DNA of 64,000 bases from Dehalococcoidia bacterium. Its GTDB lineage: Bacteria > Chloroflexota > Dehalococcoidia > Lucifugimonadales > UBA3495. Made by a program: the position numbers and the translations under genes. A model generated the notes under the pieces. It was not told the DNA's origin and searched no databases. It saw only the letters and a list, made by a program, of their open reading frames with translations. Each line of letters starts with the position of its first letter. Position 1 is the stretch's first letter. Shown here piece after piece: positions 44,921-54,221 of this stretch. The stretch lies in assembly GCA_034428715.1 (NCBI GenBank), contig DAOUHE010000096.1:2915-66914 (forward strand), given 5' to 3'.

Positions 44921-45932
44921 AAAAGTGCGGCATCACCTCTTTGGCGAACAATTCCATGGATGTTTTGACCTGGTCGTAGGAAAGGGTGCCGCCCATGTTG
45001 AACCAGCACATGATCTCTTGGGGGGCGAACAGGTCTATGAAGTGGTGCAGCCGTTCCACGCATCGTTCCGGATCGCCGATGATGCCAAACTCCTCATAGA
45101 CCAAATCATAGTTGAGAACGTCGGCCCGGGAGGAGCCACGGCCTCTGGCTCGGCTATTTGACCGAAGGGTGTCTAGGTAGGCGTCTACCGTAGTCTTCAT
45201 TTCGTAATCGGCCCGGCCGGGATCAGCCGCGACGTAGGTGGGAAGTGCCAGGTTAATCTTTGACTGGGCCGGGTCATACCCCTGGTTGGCAAGCTCATTC
45301 CGGTAGCGGTCCAACCCGGACCGGACGCCCTCGGTGGTGGCAATTAGAGGACCCACCAGTATGTTATGCCCCATGGAGCCCACAAGTTCAAAGGTATCGG
45401 CGCTGTTGGATGCCACGTACACCGGCGGATGTGGTTTTTGATAAGGTTTGGGAACGACGTTCAACCCGTTGGCCTGGTAGTAGTCGCCTTTGTAGGTGAG
45501 ATCGTCGCTGGTCCAAGCGCTCAGGATAAAGTCCACCGCTTCCCGAAAGCTTTCCCGTCCCACGGCCTGGTCTACACCGAACCCTTCGAAATGACTGGGG
45601 TTGGATCCGCGCCCAATTCCAAAGATCGCCCTGCCCCTGGATAGGATATCCAGGGTGGCCGTTTCCTCGGCTAAGCGTATGGGGTGGTGCAACGACACCA
45701 GGTTGACCGCCGTGCCAATCTTGATCTTGGAGGTGGTGCGGGCGATGGCGGCAGCAGCCAGCAGGGGAGCGGACATCACAGAGAAACGGGAGTTGAAGTG
45801 CAGTTCCGCCAGCCAGACGGAATCAAATCCCAAGCCGTCCGCCACCTGAGCCTCGGCGATCATGTCGTCGTAACGGTCCACCGTAGACTGGTCCGGCCCG
45901 CAGGGCAGTTGATAGAAAAGTCCGAATTCCAT
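44919..45932 (-). CDS. LLM-class (luciferase-like) flavin-dependent oxidoreductase
   Basis: MEFGLFYQLPC..GFDSVWLAELHF.. is typical of the LLM TIM-barrel. Confidence 0.85.
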   Translation of the reverse strand: MEFGLFYQLPCGPDQSTVDRYDDMIAEAQVADGLGFDSVWLAELHFNSRFSVMSAPLLAAAAIARTTSKIKIGTAVNLVSLHHPIRLAEETATLDILSRGRAIFGIGRGSNPSHFEGFGVDQAVGRESFREAVDFILSAWTSDDLTYKGDYYQANGLNVVPKPYQKPHPPVYVASNSADTFELVGSMGHNILVGPLIATTEGVRSGLDRYRNELANQGYDPAQSKINLALPTYVAADPGRADYEMKTTVDAYLDTLRSNSRARGRGSSRADVLNYDLVYEEFGIIGDPERCVERLHHFIDLFAPQEIMCWFNMGGTLSYDQVKTSMELFAKEVMPHF

Positions 45933-45954
45933 TGATGATCCCCTCGGGTGATCT

Positions 45955-45985
45955 GGCTATCAGCAATCAGCGGTCAGCTATCAGC
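45955..45985 (-). repeat. Heptanucleotide array; in LLM-gene sense reads GCTGATA GCTGACC GCTGATT GCTGATA GCC
   Basis: Four units lying 9 nt upstream of the SD GAGGGG of the LLM gene. Confidence 0.85.
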
Positions 45986-45990
45986 CCTTA

Positions 45991-46035
45991 GCCGACCGCT
46001 GATTGCTGATTGCTGATTGCTGAATGCTGAATGCT
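45991..46035 (+). repeat. Heptanucleotide array GCCGACC (GCTGATT)x3 (GCTGAAT)x2 GCT, inverted relative to 45955-45985
   Basis: Six units. The array ends on the stop codon of the carboxyltransferase gene (46035-46037). 45994-46008 is the perfect reverse complement of 45961-45975. Confidence 0.85.
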
Positions 46036-47579
46036 TAGAGCGGTATATTCCCATGTTTTTTAGCCGGTAGGGTGTCCCTTTTATTTTGAAGCATTTCCAG
46101 GGCTTTGATGATCTGTGGCCGGGTTTCCGCAGGATCTATGACGTCGTCCACGAATCCCCGGCTTGCGGCCACGTAGGGGTTGGTGAATTTATTCTGGTAA
46201 TCGGCTATCAACCGCTGGCGTTCATCCTGAGCGTTTTCCGCCTGGCCCAATTCCTCTCGGTAGATGATATTCACCGCTCCCTCGGCGCCCATCACGGCGA
46301 TCTCGGCCGAAGGCCAAACCAGGTTGACGTCGGAACGCAGGTGTTTGCTGCTCATGACGATGTAGGCCCCGCCATATGCTTTGCGGGTGATGACGCAGAC
46401 CTTGGGGACCGTTGCCTCGGCATAGGCATAGATCAGCTTGGCCCCGTGGCGGATGATGCCGCCGTGTTCCTGGTTTACGCCCGGCATGAAACCGGGGACG
46501 TCCACCAAGGTCACCAAGGGAATGTTGAAGCAATCACAGAATCTGACGAACCGGGCCGCCTTGTTGGAAGCGTCTATATCCAGAACGCCGGCCAGGTAGT
46601 CGGGCTGGTTGCCCACAAACCCCACCGCCCTGGCGTTGACTCTTCCGAATCCCACCACGATGTTGGGGGCAAAACTCTGGTGGACCTCCATGAAATCCTC
46701 ATCGTCCACCACGCGGTAGATTACGTCCCGCATGTCGTAGGGCCGGTTGGAATCGTCGGGGATCAGGTAGCGCAATTCCGGGTCTTGCCGGGATGGGGCG
46801 TCGCCGCTGGCGGCCAGCGGGGGATCTTCCAGATTGTTGGATGGCAGGAATGAGAGCAGGCGCCTCACGTCGGCCAGGCACTCCTCTTCTGACTCTGATA
46901 CGAAGTGGGCTACGCCGCTGTGGGTGGCATGAGAGGCAGCCCCACCCAACTCCTCGTGGGTGACCTCCTCTCCGGTGACCGCTCGAATGACGTCGGGACC
47001 GGTGATGTACATCTGGCCCATTCCCTGGACCATGAACACGAAGTCGGTGATGGCCGGGGAGTAGACAGCGCCACCAGCGGCCGGGCCGACGATCACCGAT
47101 ATCTGCGGGACGACTCCGGAAAACAGTGTGTTCCTCAAAAATATATCGCCGTAGGCGGCCAGGCTGCCCACGCCTTCTTGGATGCGCGCGCCTCCGGAAT
47201 CGGCGAAACCCACCACGGGGCACCCCGTCTTGGCCGCAAGGTCCATGATCTTACATATCTTCTCGCTCACCACTTCCGAGAGAGAGCCGCCAAAGACGGT
47301 GAAATCCTGGGCGAAGGCGAATACCTGCCGCCCGTCTACCTGCCCGTAGCCGGTGACCACGGCGTCTCCCAGGTATTTGTTGTCAGCCAGGCCAAAGTCG
47401 GTGGTGCGGTGGGCGACGAAGGAGTCCATCTCCTGAAAGGTCCCCTCGTCCATAAGAATAGCCACCCGTTCGCGGGCGGTCAGCTTGCCCCGGCTGTGCT
47501 GCTGGTCGATGCGGTTTTGGCCGCCTCCCTTGTGGGCTTGCTGGCGAAGCTCTGCCAGGTCGGCTAATCTTTGATCCAT
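46035..47579 (-). CDS. Acyl-CoA carboxylase carboxyltransferase (beta) subunit, propionyl-CoA carboxylase / methylmalonyl-CoA carboxyltransferase family
   Basis: MDQRLADLAELRQQAHKGGGQNRIDQQHSRGKLTARERVAILMDEGTFQE and GGARIQEG. ATG at 47579 is internal to the track ORF. Confidence 0.9.
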   Translation of the reverse strand: MDQRLADLAELRQQAHKGGGQNRIDQQHSRGKLTARERVAILMDEGTFQEMDSFVAHRTTDFGLADNKYLGDAVVTGYGQVDGRQVFAFAQDFTVFGGSLSEVVSEKICKIMDLAAKTGCPVVGFADSGGARIQEGVGSLAAYGDIFLRNTLFSGVVPQISVIVGPAAGGAVYSPAITDFVFMVQGMGQMYITGPDVIRAVTGEEVTHEELGGAASHATHSGVAHFVSESEEECLADVRRLLSFLPSNNLEDPPLAASGDAPSRQDPELRYLIPDDSNRPYDMRDVIYRVVDDEDFMEVHQSFAPNIVVGFGRVNARAVGFVGNQPDYLAGVLDIDASNKAARFVRFCDCFNIPLVTLVDVPGFMPGVNQEHGGIIRHGAKLIYAYAEATVPKVCVITRKAYGGAYIVMSSKHLRSDVNLVWPSAEIAVMGAEGAVNIIYREELGQAENAQDERQRLIADYQNKFTNPYVAASRGFVDDVIDPAETRPQIIKALEMLQNKRDTLPAKKHGNIPL

Positions 47580-47768
47580 GGCACGGTTTTCTGCGGTCAA
47601 TGGGACTCCGAGGTGCGCGTGGCAGATTGAGGCCACGGACAGGTTTAAGCCGCGGGTAGGGTTGGCACCATCCTAGCAGACGGGATTTCCCCCGGCAAGA
47701 TGAACCGTGCGTGGTAGAATTGTACTTAGGCCTGCCAAACGATCAAAACTCGCCAAACGCCTTAGATC

Positions 47769-48659
47769 GTGATTCTGATGCATCATGACGCCCCTTCCAT
47801 GCATCGACGAACCTCTCTCACCCAACTAATAGTCGCCGATGGGGAACCCCTGTCATGGGGGCGGCGGACCTATGTCATGGGCATCATCAACGTGACCCCC
47901 GATTCTTTCTCCGGCGACGGTCTGGCTGGCGATCTGGAAGCCATCGTCCGCCGGGCGCTGGAGTTTCAGGAGGCGGGGGCCGATCTCATCGACGTGGGGG
48001 CCGAATCCACCCGGCCCGGCAATCAGCCCGTGGACGCCGGCGAGGAATTGAAACGGCTATTGCCCGTGCTGGATGCCCTGGCGGGAAAGATCGAGGTCCC
48101 AATCAGCGTGGACACCTACAAAGCAACCGTGGCCCGCCGGGCGTTGGAAGCCGGGGCGACGGCGATAAACGACGTTTGGGGTTTGAAGGCCGGCCCCGAT
48201 ATCGCCCTAGCCGCCGCCGAATCAGGAGCCCCGCTGGTGTTGACGCACAACCAGGAGACCACGGTTTATCGGGACCTTTTGCCGGACATCTTTCGAAGCC
48301 TGTCCCACAGCAAGCAAGCCGCCCTGGATGCCGGAGTGCCAGAGGACAACATCATCCTGGACCCCGGCATCGGTTTTGGTAAAACGGCAGAGCAAAGCCT
48401 GGAGATCATGCGGCGGCTTGATGAGTTCAAAACCCTGGGCAGTCCACTGTTGGTGGGAACCTCCCGCAAGTCCACCATCGGGCGGGTGCTGAACCTTCCG
48501 CCGGACCAACGGGTGGAAGGAACCGCGGCCACCGTGGCCTTGGCCATCGCCGGAGGGGCAGATATCGTGCGGGTCCACGAAGTAGCGGAGATGGTCAGGG
48601 TTTGCCGCATGAGCGACGCGATAATCCGAGGCTGGAGGCCCGACGGTTGGACCGGGTAA
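47769..48659 (+). CDS. folP: Dihydropteroate synthase
   Basis: VMGIINVTPDSFSGDG, IDVGAESTRPG and GTSRKS. Start uncertain; the N-terminal ~30 aa are not conserved. Confidence 0.85.
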   Translation: MILMHHDAPSMHRRTSLTQLIVADGEPLSWGRRTYVMGIINVTPDSFSGDGLAGDLEAIVRRALEFQEAGADLIDVGAESTRPGNQPVDAGEELKRLLPVLDALAGKIEVPISVDTYKATVARRALEAGATAINDVWGLKAGPDIALAAAESGAPLVLTHNQETTVYRDLLPDIFRSLSHSKQAALDAGVPEDNIILDPGIGFGKTAEQSLEIMRRLDEFKTLGSPLLVGTSRKSTIGRVLNLPPDQRVEGTAATVALAIAGGADIVRVHEVAEMVRVCRMSDAIIRGWRPDGWTG

Positions 48660-49198
48660 CCGTCTATCTGGGGTTGGGCTCAAACCTGGGTTCCCGAGAG
48701 GGAAACTTGGACCGGTGCCTCCGGTGTCTGACGGGCAACCACCTGCCCGGTCAAGAAGATGCCACGGCCCCAGAGGAACTATTCAAGTCTGGAGGCTTGA
48801 GCCTGGTCCGCGCCTCGAAGATCTACGAGACCGAGCCCTGGGGTTTCACTGACCAAGGGGGATTCCTCAACCGGGTGGTGGAAGTCTCCACCGCCGTCTC
48901 TCCCCGGGAACTGCTGGCAGGCATCAAAGAACTGGAATCAAGTTTGGGCCGCGAACCAGTTGAGCGATTCGGTCCCAGGGTCATCGACATCGACATACTC
49001 CTTTACGGAAGCGAGACCGTGGATCTTCCTGACCTGCAGATCCCCCATCCAAGGCTGCACCAACGAGCCTTCGTCTTGGTTCCGCTGGCGGAAATGGCGC
49101 CCGCAATGATCCATCCGTCTCTGGGGATATCCATTAGTGAGTTGGCCCACAGGGTCAGCGGTAAGGACGGTGTGAATAAGTGGCCGGAAAAAAGTTGA
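48647..49198 (+). CDS. folK: 2-amino-4-hydroxy-6-hydroxymethyldihydropterin pyrophosphokinase
   Basis: VYLGLGSNLG, IYETEPWG, RFGPRVIDIDILLYG and IPHPRLHQRAFVLVPLAE. TTG at 48647 is proposed as the start and overlaps the folP end. Confidence 0.8.
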   Translation: MDRVTVYLGLGSNLGSREGNLDRCLRCLTGNHLPGQEDATAPEELFKSGGLSLVRASKIYETEPWGFTDQGGFLNRVVEVSTAVSPRELLAGIKELESSLGREPVERFGPRVIDIDILLYGSETVDLPDLQIPHPRLHQRAFVLVPLAEMAPAMIHPSLGISISELAHRVSGKDGVNKWPEKS

Positions 49199-49404
49199 TG
49201 CTACGGTCCAAATCCCTTTCGCTGAATGGGCAGACTCAATCGGCATTTGGCACAGCGGAGCCGGTTGACATTCCGACTGGACTATCGGATATTTGACGAT
49301 GGATAATTGGGCGAGCGCGAAGACACGCGGCGCCTTTTAAAAAATGGTTTTCGGTGTATCCCCGGCGGTGGTGCACCCGATGCAAATTACTAGGAGAGAC
49401 TAGG

Positions 49405-51030
49405 ATGGCAGACAAACAGTTGACCTTTAGCAATGACGCCCATACCAGCCTCATGCGGGGTGTGGACGAATTGGGCCGGGTGGTAGGGCTGACTCTGGGG
49501 CCCAGCGGCCGCAATGTGATCTTGAGCCGGATGTTTGGCCTGCCCATCGTTTGCAGCGATGGCGTGACCATTGCCAAAGAGGTGGAACTTCCCGACCCAT
49601 ACGAGAACATGGGCGCCCAACTGGTCAAAGAGGCCGCTTCAAAAACCAACGACATGGTGGGCGATGGCACGACCACATCGGTGGTCTTGGCCCGGGCCAT
49701 GGTGCGGCAGGGATTCATGAACGTAGCCGCGGGCGCCAACGGTCTGGGCTTGAGGTCAGGCATCGATAAGGCGGTGGCCGCCGTGGTGGAAGAACTCAAA
49801 AAGATGGCTGTTCCAGTCAGTGACAGAGACCAGATTGCCAGGGTAGCCGCACTGTCCGCCCACGAAGAAGCCATAGCCGAATTACTGGCCGACGCCATGG
49901 ATAAGGTGGGCCGGGACGGGGTCATCACCGTCGAGGAGTCAAAGACCCTGAGTGACGAGTTGGAGATCGTGGAAGGAGTCCGGGTGGACAGGGGTTACCT
50001 TTCTCCCCACTTTGTTACCGACTCGGAAAGAATGGAAGTGGCGCTGGACAATCCCCAATTCCTGTTGACCGACCAGAAGATCAGCTCCCCCAATGACATC
50101 GTCCCCATCATGGAAAAGGTCATCAACTCCGGAGGGCGGCCCCTGGTCATCATCGCCGAGGACGTGGACGGAGAAGCGCTGGCCACCCTGGTGGTAAACA
50201 AGGTCCGGGGAACCCTTGCCTGCATCGCCATCAAGGCGCCGGGATTCGGCGAGCGCCGCAAGGCGCTTTTGGAAGACATGGCCATTGTGACCGGCGCGAC
50301 CGTCATCAGCGCTGACACGGGCCTGCGGCTGGACGGGGCGGAGGTGAGCCATCTGGGCTCCGCCCGCCGGTTGGTGGCGACTAAAGATGAATCCACCATC
50401 ATCGAAGGGCGAGGTCCAGAGCAGGCAGTCAAAGACCGTTCGGAACAGCTCAAGGTCCAGATCGAGGAGACCAATTCGGATTACGACCGGGAAAAGCTTC
50501 AAGAGCGTTTAGCCAGCCTGGTGGGCGGGGTTGCCGTGGTGAAGGTGGGCGGCGCCACCGAGCCCGAGGTCAACGAAAGGAAGTCCCGCACCGAGGACGC
50601 TTTGTCGGCCACCCGGGCCGCCGTAGAAGAGGGGATCGTACCCGGCGGCGGAGTAGCCATGGTAAGGGCTGAGCATGTTTTGGACGACCTGGCCAAAGAA
50701 CTTTCCGGCGACCAAGCCGTGGGCGTAAGGCTGGTTCGCGAGGCGTTAAGCGCTCCCCTGATTCTGATCTCCCGGAACGCGGGACATCCAGGAGAGGTGG
50801 TTTTAGACGGAGTCCGCAAAGGTGAGGGAGACTGGGGGTTCGACGCCGAGGCGGGCGAATTCTGCCATATGATCCCAGCTGGTATCGTAGACCCGGTGAA
50901 GGTTACCCGATCGGCCCTGGAGAATGCCGGAAGCATCGCCGGTATGATGCTGACCACCCAGGCCGTGATCACCGAGATACCCGAGGAGATTCCTCTGCCC
51001 GCCGACGTGCAGGAATTCATGCGCGACTAG
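49405..51030 (+). CDS. groEL: Chaperonin GroEL (Cpn60)
   Basis: [51 protein letters not shown] and GGGVA. ATG at 49405, preceded by AGGAGAG. No groES precedes it. The C-terminus is [18 protein letters not shown] rather than a GGM tail. Confidence 0.9.
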   Translation: MADKQLTFSNDAHTSLMRGVDELGRVVGLTLGPSGRNVILSRMFGLPIVCSDGVTIAKEVELPDPYENMGAQLVKEAASKTNDMVGDGTTTSVVLARAMVRQGFMNVAAGANGLGLRSGIDKAVAAVVEELKKMAVPVSDRDQIARVAALSAHEEAIAELLADAMDKVGRDGVITVEESKTLSDELEIVEGVRVDRGYLSPHFVTDSERMEVALDNPQFLLTDQKISSPNDIVPIMEKVINSGGRPLVIIAEDVDGEALATLVVNKVRGTLACIAIKAPGFGERRKALLEDMAIVTGATVISADTGLRLDGAEVSHLGSARRLVATKDESTIIEGRGPEQAVKDRSEQLKVQIEETNSDYDREKLQERLASLVGGVAVVKVGGATEPEVNERKSRTEDALSATRAAVEEGIVPGGGVAMVRAEHVLDDLAKELSGDQAVGVRLVREALSAPLILISRNAGHPGEVVLDGVRKGEGDWGFDAEAGEFCHMIPAGIVDPVKVTRSALENAGSIAGMMLTTQAVITEIPEEIPLPADVQEFMRD

Positions 51031-51319
51031 CGGTGGGAGTTCAAGCTCTACAGTTTGATCTGGGCCAATGGAACGCTAACGCTACATCCAAATGTTTCTG
51101 ATGTATTGTCTCAGCGGGCGACCCCCATCCCAGCCTTCCCCCTTCGTAAGGGGAAGAGACAGAGTGGTGGTAAAACCGTTATCGCCCGAGTATCCAAATG
51201 CCGAACACGAGCGTTTTAACGCCCAAATCGTTGATTTTCACCGGCGGAACTCTTTCGGCCCGGCGCATTTACCGGTAGCAACTGGTATCCGTCGGGCCGG
51301 AACGTTTTGGTGGGTTGTT

Positions 51320-51850
51320 TTGGATCAGCTTACGATAGGCCCGGCATTGGACAGGGATTCCCTGGGACAGTTGTTCCAAACCAAACCAACGTTGGTGGAG
51401 GGCTATCGCTCCCTGGAACAGCAACTCCAGCCCAACGGCTTCGACCTCACGCTGAACCAGGTCTCCCGCTTGTCGAGCCCCGGCAGCATGGGAGCCGCTC
51501 CAGATGACAGGGAGCTTTCCAACACCGAACCGCTGAATTTCGAACCGGGCGACTGGCTGGAACTGGCGCCAGGGCCATACCTCATCGATTTCAACGAGAT
51601 CGTGAACCTGCCCCTGAACGTCATGGCTCTGGGCCGTCCCCGCTCCAGCCTGCTGCGCAGCGGCGTGGCCATCCATACCGCCGTGTGGGACGCAGGATAC
51701 CGCGGCCGTTCCCAGGCATTGCTGGTAGTGCACCAGTCAGCCGGATACCGGGTGCAGAAGGGCGCCCGCCTTCTACAGTTGGTTTTCTACCGCCTCGCCC
51801 AGCCGGTGAGCCAAGGATATCAAGGCCGGTTCCAGGGCGAGAATATTTGA
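51320..51850 (+). CDS. dCTP deaminase/dUTPase-superfamily protein (archaeal-type dUTP diphosphatase-like)
   Basis: LQPNGFDLTL, GRPRSSLLRSGV, AVWDAGYRGRS and ARLLQLVF. The family is about 170 aa, so TTG at 51320 is preferred over ATG at 51092. The upstream extension covers the repeat-like hairpin CTTCCCCCTT-CGT-AAGGGGAAG. Confidence 0.65.
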   Translation: MDQLTIGPALDRDSLGQLFQTKPTLVEGYRSLEQQLQPNGFDLTLNQVSRLSSPGSMGAAPDDRELSNTEPLNFEPGDWLELAPGPYLIDFNEIVNLPLNVMALGRPRSSLLRSGVAIHTAVWDAGYRGRSQALLVVHQSAGYRVQKGARLLQLVFYRLAQPVSQGYQGRFQGENI

Positions 51851-51908
51851 AAGTGTCAAAAACACTTTATGACCCATTTACCGGGTCATTCGCCGGACGT
51901 ATCGGGGC

Positions 51909-53093
51909 ATGAGCCAGTCAACACCGGACCTCACGGCCATGGTCAAAGAATGTGCCCTTGAGGCCGGTTTTGACCTGGTGAGAGTGACTTCGGCCGATGA
52001 GTTCGTCCGCGACCGCGAGGCCGCATTGGAACGGATCAAGGCCGGATTGATGGATGGCCTTCCCTGGTACACCGAGAGCCGGGTGCTCCGGGGCGCCGAC
52101 CCCGGTCAGTTGCTGGCGGGCGCCCGTTCCGTCATCAGTTTGGGATTGAGTTATTTCGTGCCCGCCAAACCCAAGCCCACACGATTAAATGCGGCGGGCA
52201 AAGTGGCCAGCTACGCCCGGGGCCGGGATTACCACCGCGTGATGAAGTCGCGGATGCGCGACTATGTCCGCGTGTTGGATTCGCGCCTGGACACCAGCAT
52301 CCCGGCGCGATGGTACGTTGATGACGGCCCCATGTTGGACCGGGCGGCGGCGGCACGGGCGGGACTGGGCTGGTTCGGTAAAAACACCAACATTCTCACC
52401 CCCAGCCACGGTTCCTGGATCTTTCTTGGGCAGGTGATCACGGGCCTGGACCTAAAGCCAGACCTTCCGCTGCAAAAAACCTGCGGGAGTTGCGTCCGCT
52501 GCATCGATGCTTGTCCCACCGGAGCCATCGTCGCGCCATATGTCATCGACAACGCCCGGTGCATCTCTCATCTGACCATAGAGAACCGGGGTCCCATCCC
52601 GCTAGAATTGCGTCCCCTGGTGGGGGACTGGGTTTTTGGCTGTGACATTTGCCAGGAAGTGTGCCCGGTAAACCGGAAAGCCCGCCCCGCCAACGCTCCC
52701 ATCCCAAATCTTCCCCAAAGCATCGGACCCGCCGGCGACGAAACGGTCCTGGAACTGGACCTGGTGGAACTCTTGGAGTTGACCGAAGAAGGATTTCGAA
52801 GCCGCTTCCGGGGCTCTCCGGTGGCCCGAGCCAAGAGGGTGGGGCTACAGCGCAACGCCTGTGTCGCCCTGGGAAACCGACGCGAGGCGCGGGCGGTCCC
52901 TGCCCTGTTGAACGCATTGAAAAACGGCGAACCTCTAGTGCGAGGCCACGCCGCTTGGGCATTGGGCGAGATTGACGGCGACCAGGCAAGGGAGGGCCTA
53001 TCCTTGGCCTTATCGACGGAAACGGAGCCCAGCGTGAGGGTAGAAGTACGGCTGGCGCTGGAAGGGGTAGGCGTATTGAACAGCGAGCGCTAG
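51909..53093 (+). CDS. queG: Epoxyqueuosine reductase
   Basis: CGSCVRCIDACPTGAI and CDICQEVCPVN (two 4Fe-4S motifs), plus C-terminal HEAT-like repeats (VRGHAAWALGEI). Confidence 0.85.
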   Translation: MSQSTPDLTAMVKECALEAGFDLVRVTSADEFVRDREAALERIKAGLMDGLPWYTESRVLRGADPGQLLAGARSVISLGLSYFVPAKPKPTRLNAAGKVASYARGRDYHRVMKSRMRDYVRVLDSRLDTSIPARWYVDDGPMLDRAAAARAGLGWFGKNTNILTPSHGSWIFLGQVITGLDLKPDLPLQKTCGSCVRCIDACPTGAIVAPYVIDNARCISHLTIENRGPIPLELRPLVGDWVFGCDICQEVCPVNRKARPANAPIPNLPQSIGPAGDETVLELDLVELLELTEEGFRSRFRGSPVARAKRVGLQRNACVALGNRREARAVPALLNALKNGEPLVRGHAAWALGEIDGDQAREGLSLALSTETEPSVRVEVRLALEGVGVLNSER

Positions 53094-53170
53094 GCAGCGT
53101 CGACCACCGAAAGTTTCAGGTGCCATAGTTGGCCAACTTTGCTCCCGTATCACTGGTGATCTCAGACGAT

Positions 53171-53821
53171 CTAAGCGGGGCCTTGGATTTGGCCGCCGCG
53201 TGACCCTTGCGCCGGGCGACCGGGCTGTGTGCTTCGGTTGCTAGCATTGCCGCCCTGAACCGCAACGTTTCCGGTGCCTTCAGGCTCGGCAACCTCCCGT
53301 TTGCGCCTCCTGCTGGAACTCTTCTTCCTCCTGGACCCATCAGGCGGCGGGGCCAATCGAGCCGGGACATAATCCTTACCATACCGAAGCTTCTTCATTT
53401 CCTCTTCAATGAGCATGAAGTCGCTTTTGGGCAACAGATGCAGGTTGCCTTGAAAGGCCATGTACCAATTTTCCGGGGGCCAACGCTTGACGTATTCCAG
53501 CCGGGGAGCCAGCATGTTGGCGTCGATGTACTGCATATCGTCAAGGGCGATCTCAGGCTTGATATGAATGCGGTAAGGCCACGTGTCACCGCCTTCCGGG
53601 TCCCAGATGGGCGTCTCTTCCTGAAAATAGGAGGAAGTCACGGTGGCAGTGGCGGCGAACCGGCGGAGGCCTGACACGTAGAAAAGCACGCGGTCGCCGG
53701 AGCCAAGCCGTTGAAGCTTCCGCCTCTGTTGCAGCTTCAAACCCTGAACCGTGAATCCCAGGTCCTGGGTTTTGCGAAAGTTTTCGGCGTTGGAGACGAT
53801 CATCCAAAAATTGGCTGGCAT
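53171..53821 (-). CDS. EVE (PUA-like, UPF0310-type) domain protein with Arg/Lys-rich C-terminal tail
   Basis: MPANFWMIVSNAENF..GDRVLFYVSG..ATATVTS..WPYRIHIKPEI resembles the archaeal UPF0310/EVE pattern. The tail reads RRKKSSSRRRKRE. Confidence 0.6.
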   Translation of the reverse strand: MPANFWMIVSNAENFRKTQDLGFTVQGLKLQQRRKLQRLGSGDRVLFYVSGLRRFAATATVTSSYFQEETPIWDPEGGDTWPYRIHIKPEIALDDMQYIDANMLAPRLEYVKRWPPENWYMAFQGNLHLLPKSDFMLIEEEMKKLRYGKDYVPARLAPPPDGSRRKKSSSRRRKREVAEPEGTGNVAVQGGNASNRSTQPGRPAQGSRGGQIQGPA

Positions 53822-54117
53822 TGAAACCTCGTCCCGGCCCACCGGCCGGACCCCAATGATCGATTGTCAGATCGGATTTAGACGCTGCCCATATTTTACC
53901 ACGCGCCTTTCGGCCTGGCGGCGAACAAACGTTACCATCCATCGTCAATGGTCAGGCAGTCAACGTCAATGGCAACAGCCATAAAACGCGGTATGGCCAA
54001 CGACGAAATGGCATTTTCGCATAGCCGATGTTGAGCTCAGGCGAAGCGGCTGACGCGACAAAAAATCACACATCGGGAAAGCGTCAGCCAACGGACGCCA
54101 GGGGATGGAAATCCAGG

Positions 54118-54146
54118 TTGCCCTTGGCAAGAGCATGTTGTAATAT
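54118..54146 (+). promoter_or_regulatory. Candidate promoter of the thiolase-like gene
   Basis: TTGCCC (54118-54123), 17-nt spacer, TAATAT (54141-54146). Confidence 0.4.
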
Positions 54147-54221
54147 CGCTGCGGCTACTACAAACTTCCCGCTTGGGATCTGTAGATTCGCTAACTGACA
54201 CCGATTTCGGAGGAACCTGGT

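Noticed and set aside
25525-46035. Heptad arrays as a CRISPR array or coding tandem repeats
   Set aside because: The units are 7 nt with no spacers, each array is only 17-45 nt long, the arrays are dispersed, and they lie outside ORFs. None of this fits CRISPR or a repeat protein.
49199-49404. CIRCE/HrcA operator upstream of groEL
   Set aside because: I looked for TTAGCACTC-N9-GAGTGCTAA and found only TTGGCAC with no inverted partner. I do not call a CIRCE element.
49236-49928. 230-aa minus-strand ORF and other long antisense ORFs (18778-19575 +, 44051-44842 +, 46086-46853 +, 50499-51020 -)
   Set aside because: All lie antisense to strongly supported genes (groEL, DUF4349, rarA, the carboxyltransferase) and have low-complexity Ser/Arg/Pro/Ala-rich translations.
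53940-53975. Approximate 7-nt periodicity of GTCA (CGTCAATGGTCAGGCAGTCAACGTCAATGG)
   Set aside because: The spacing is irregular (7, 8 and 6 nt) and the unit differs from GCTGANN. This is too weak to count as a member of the heptad family.
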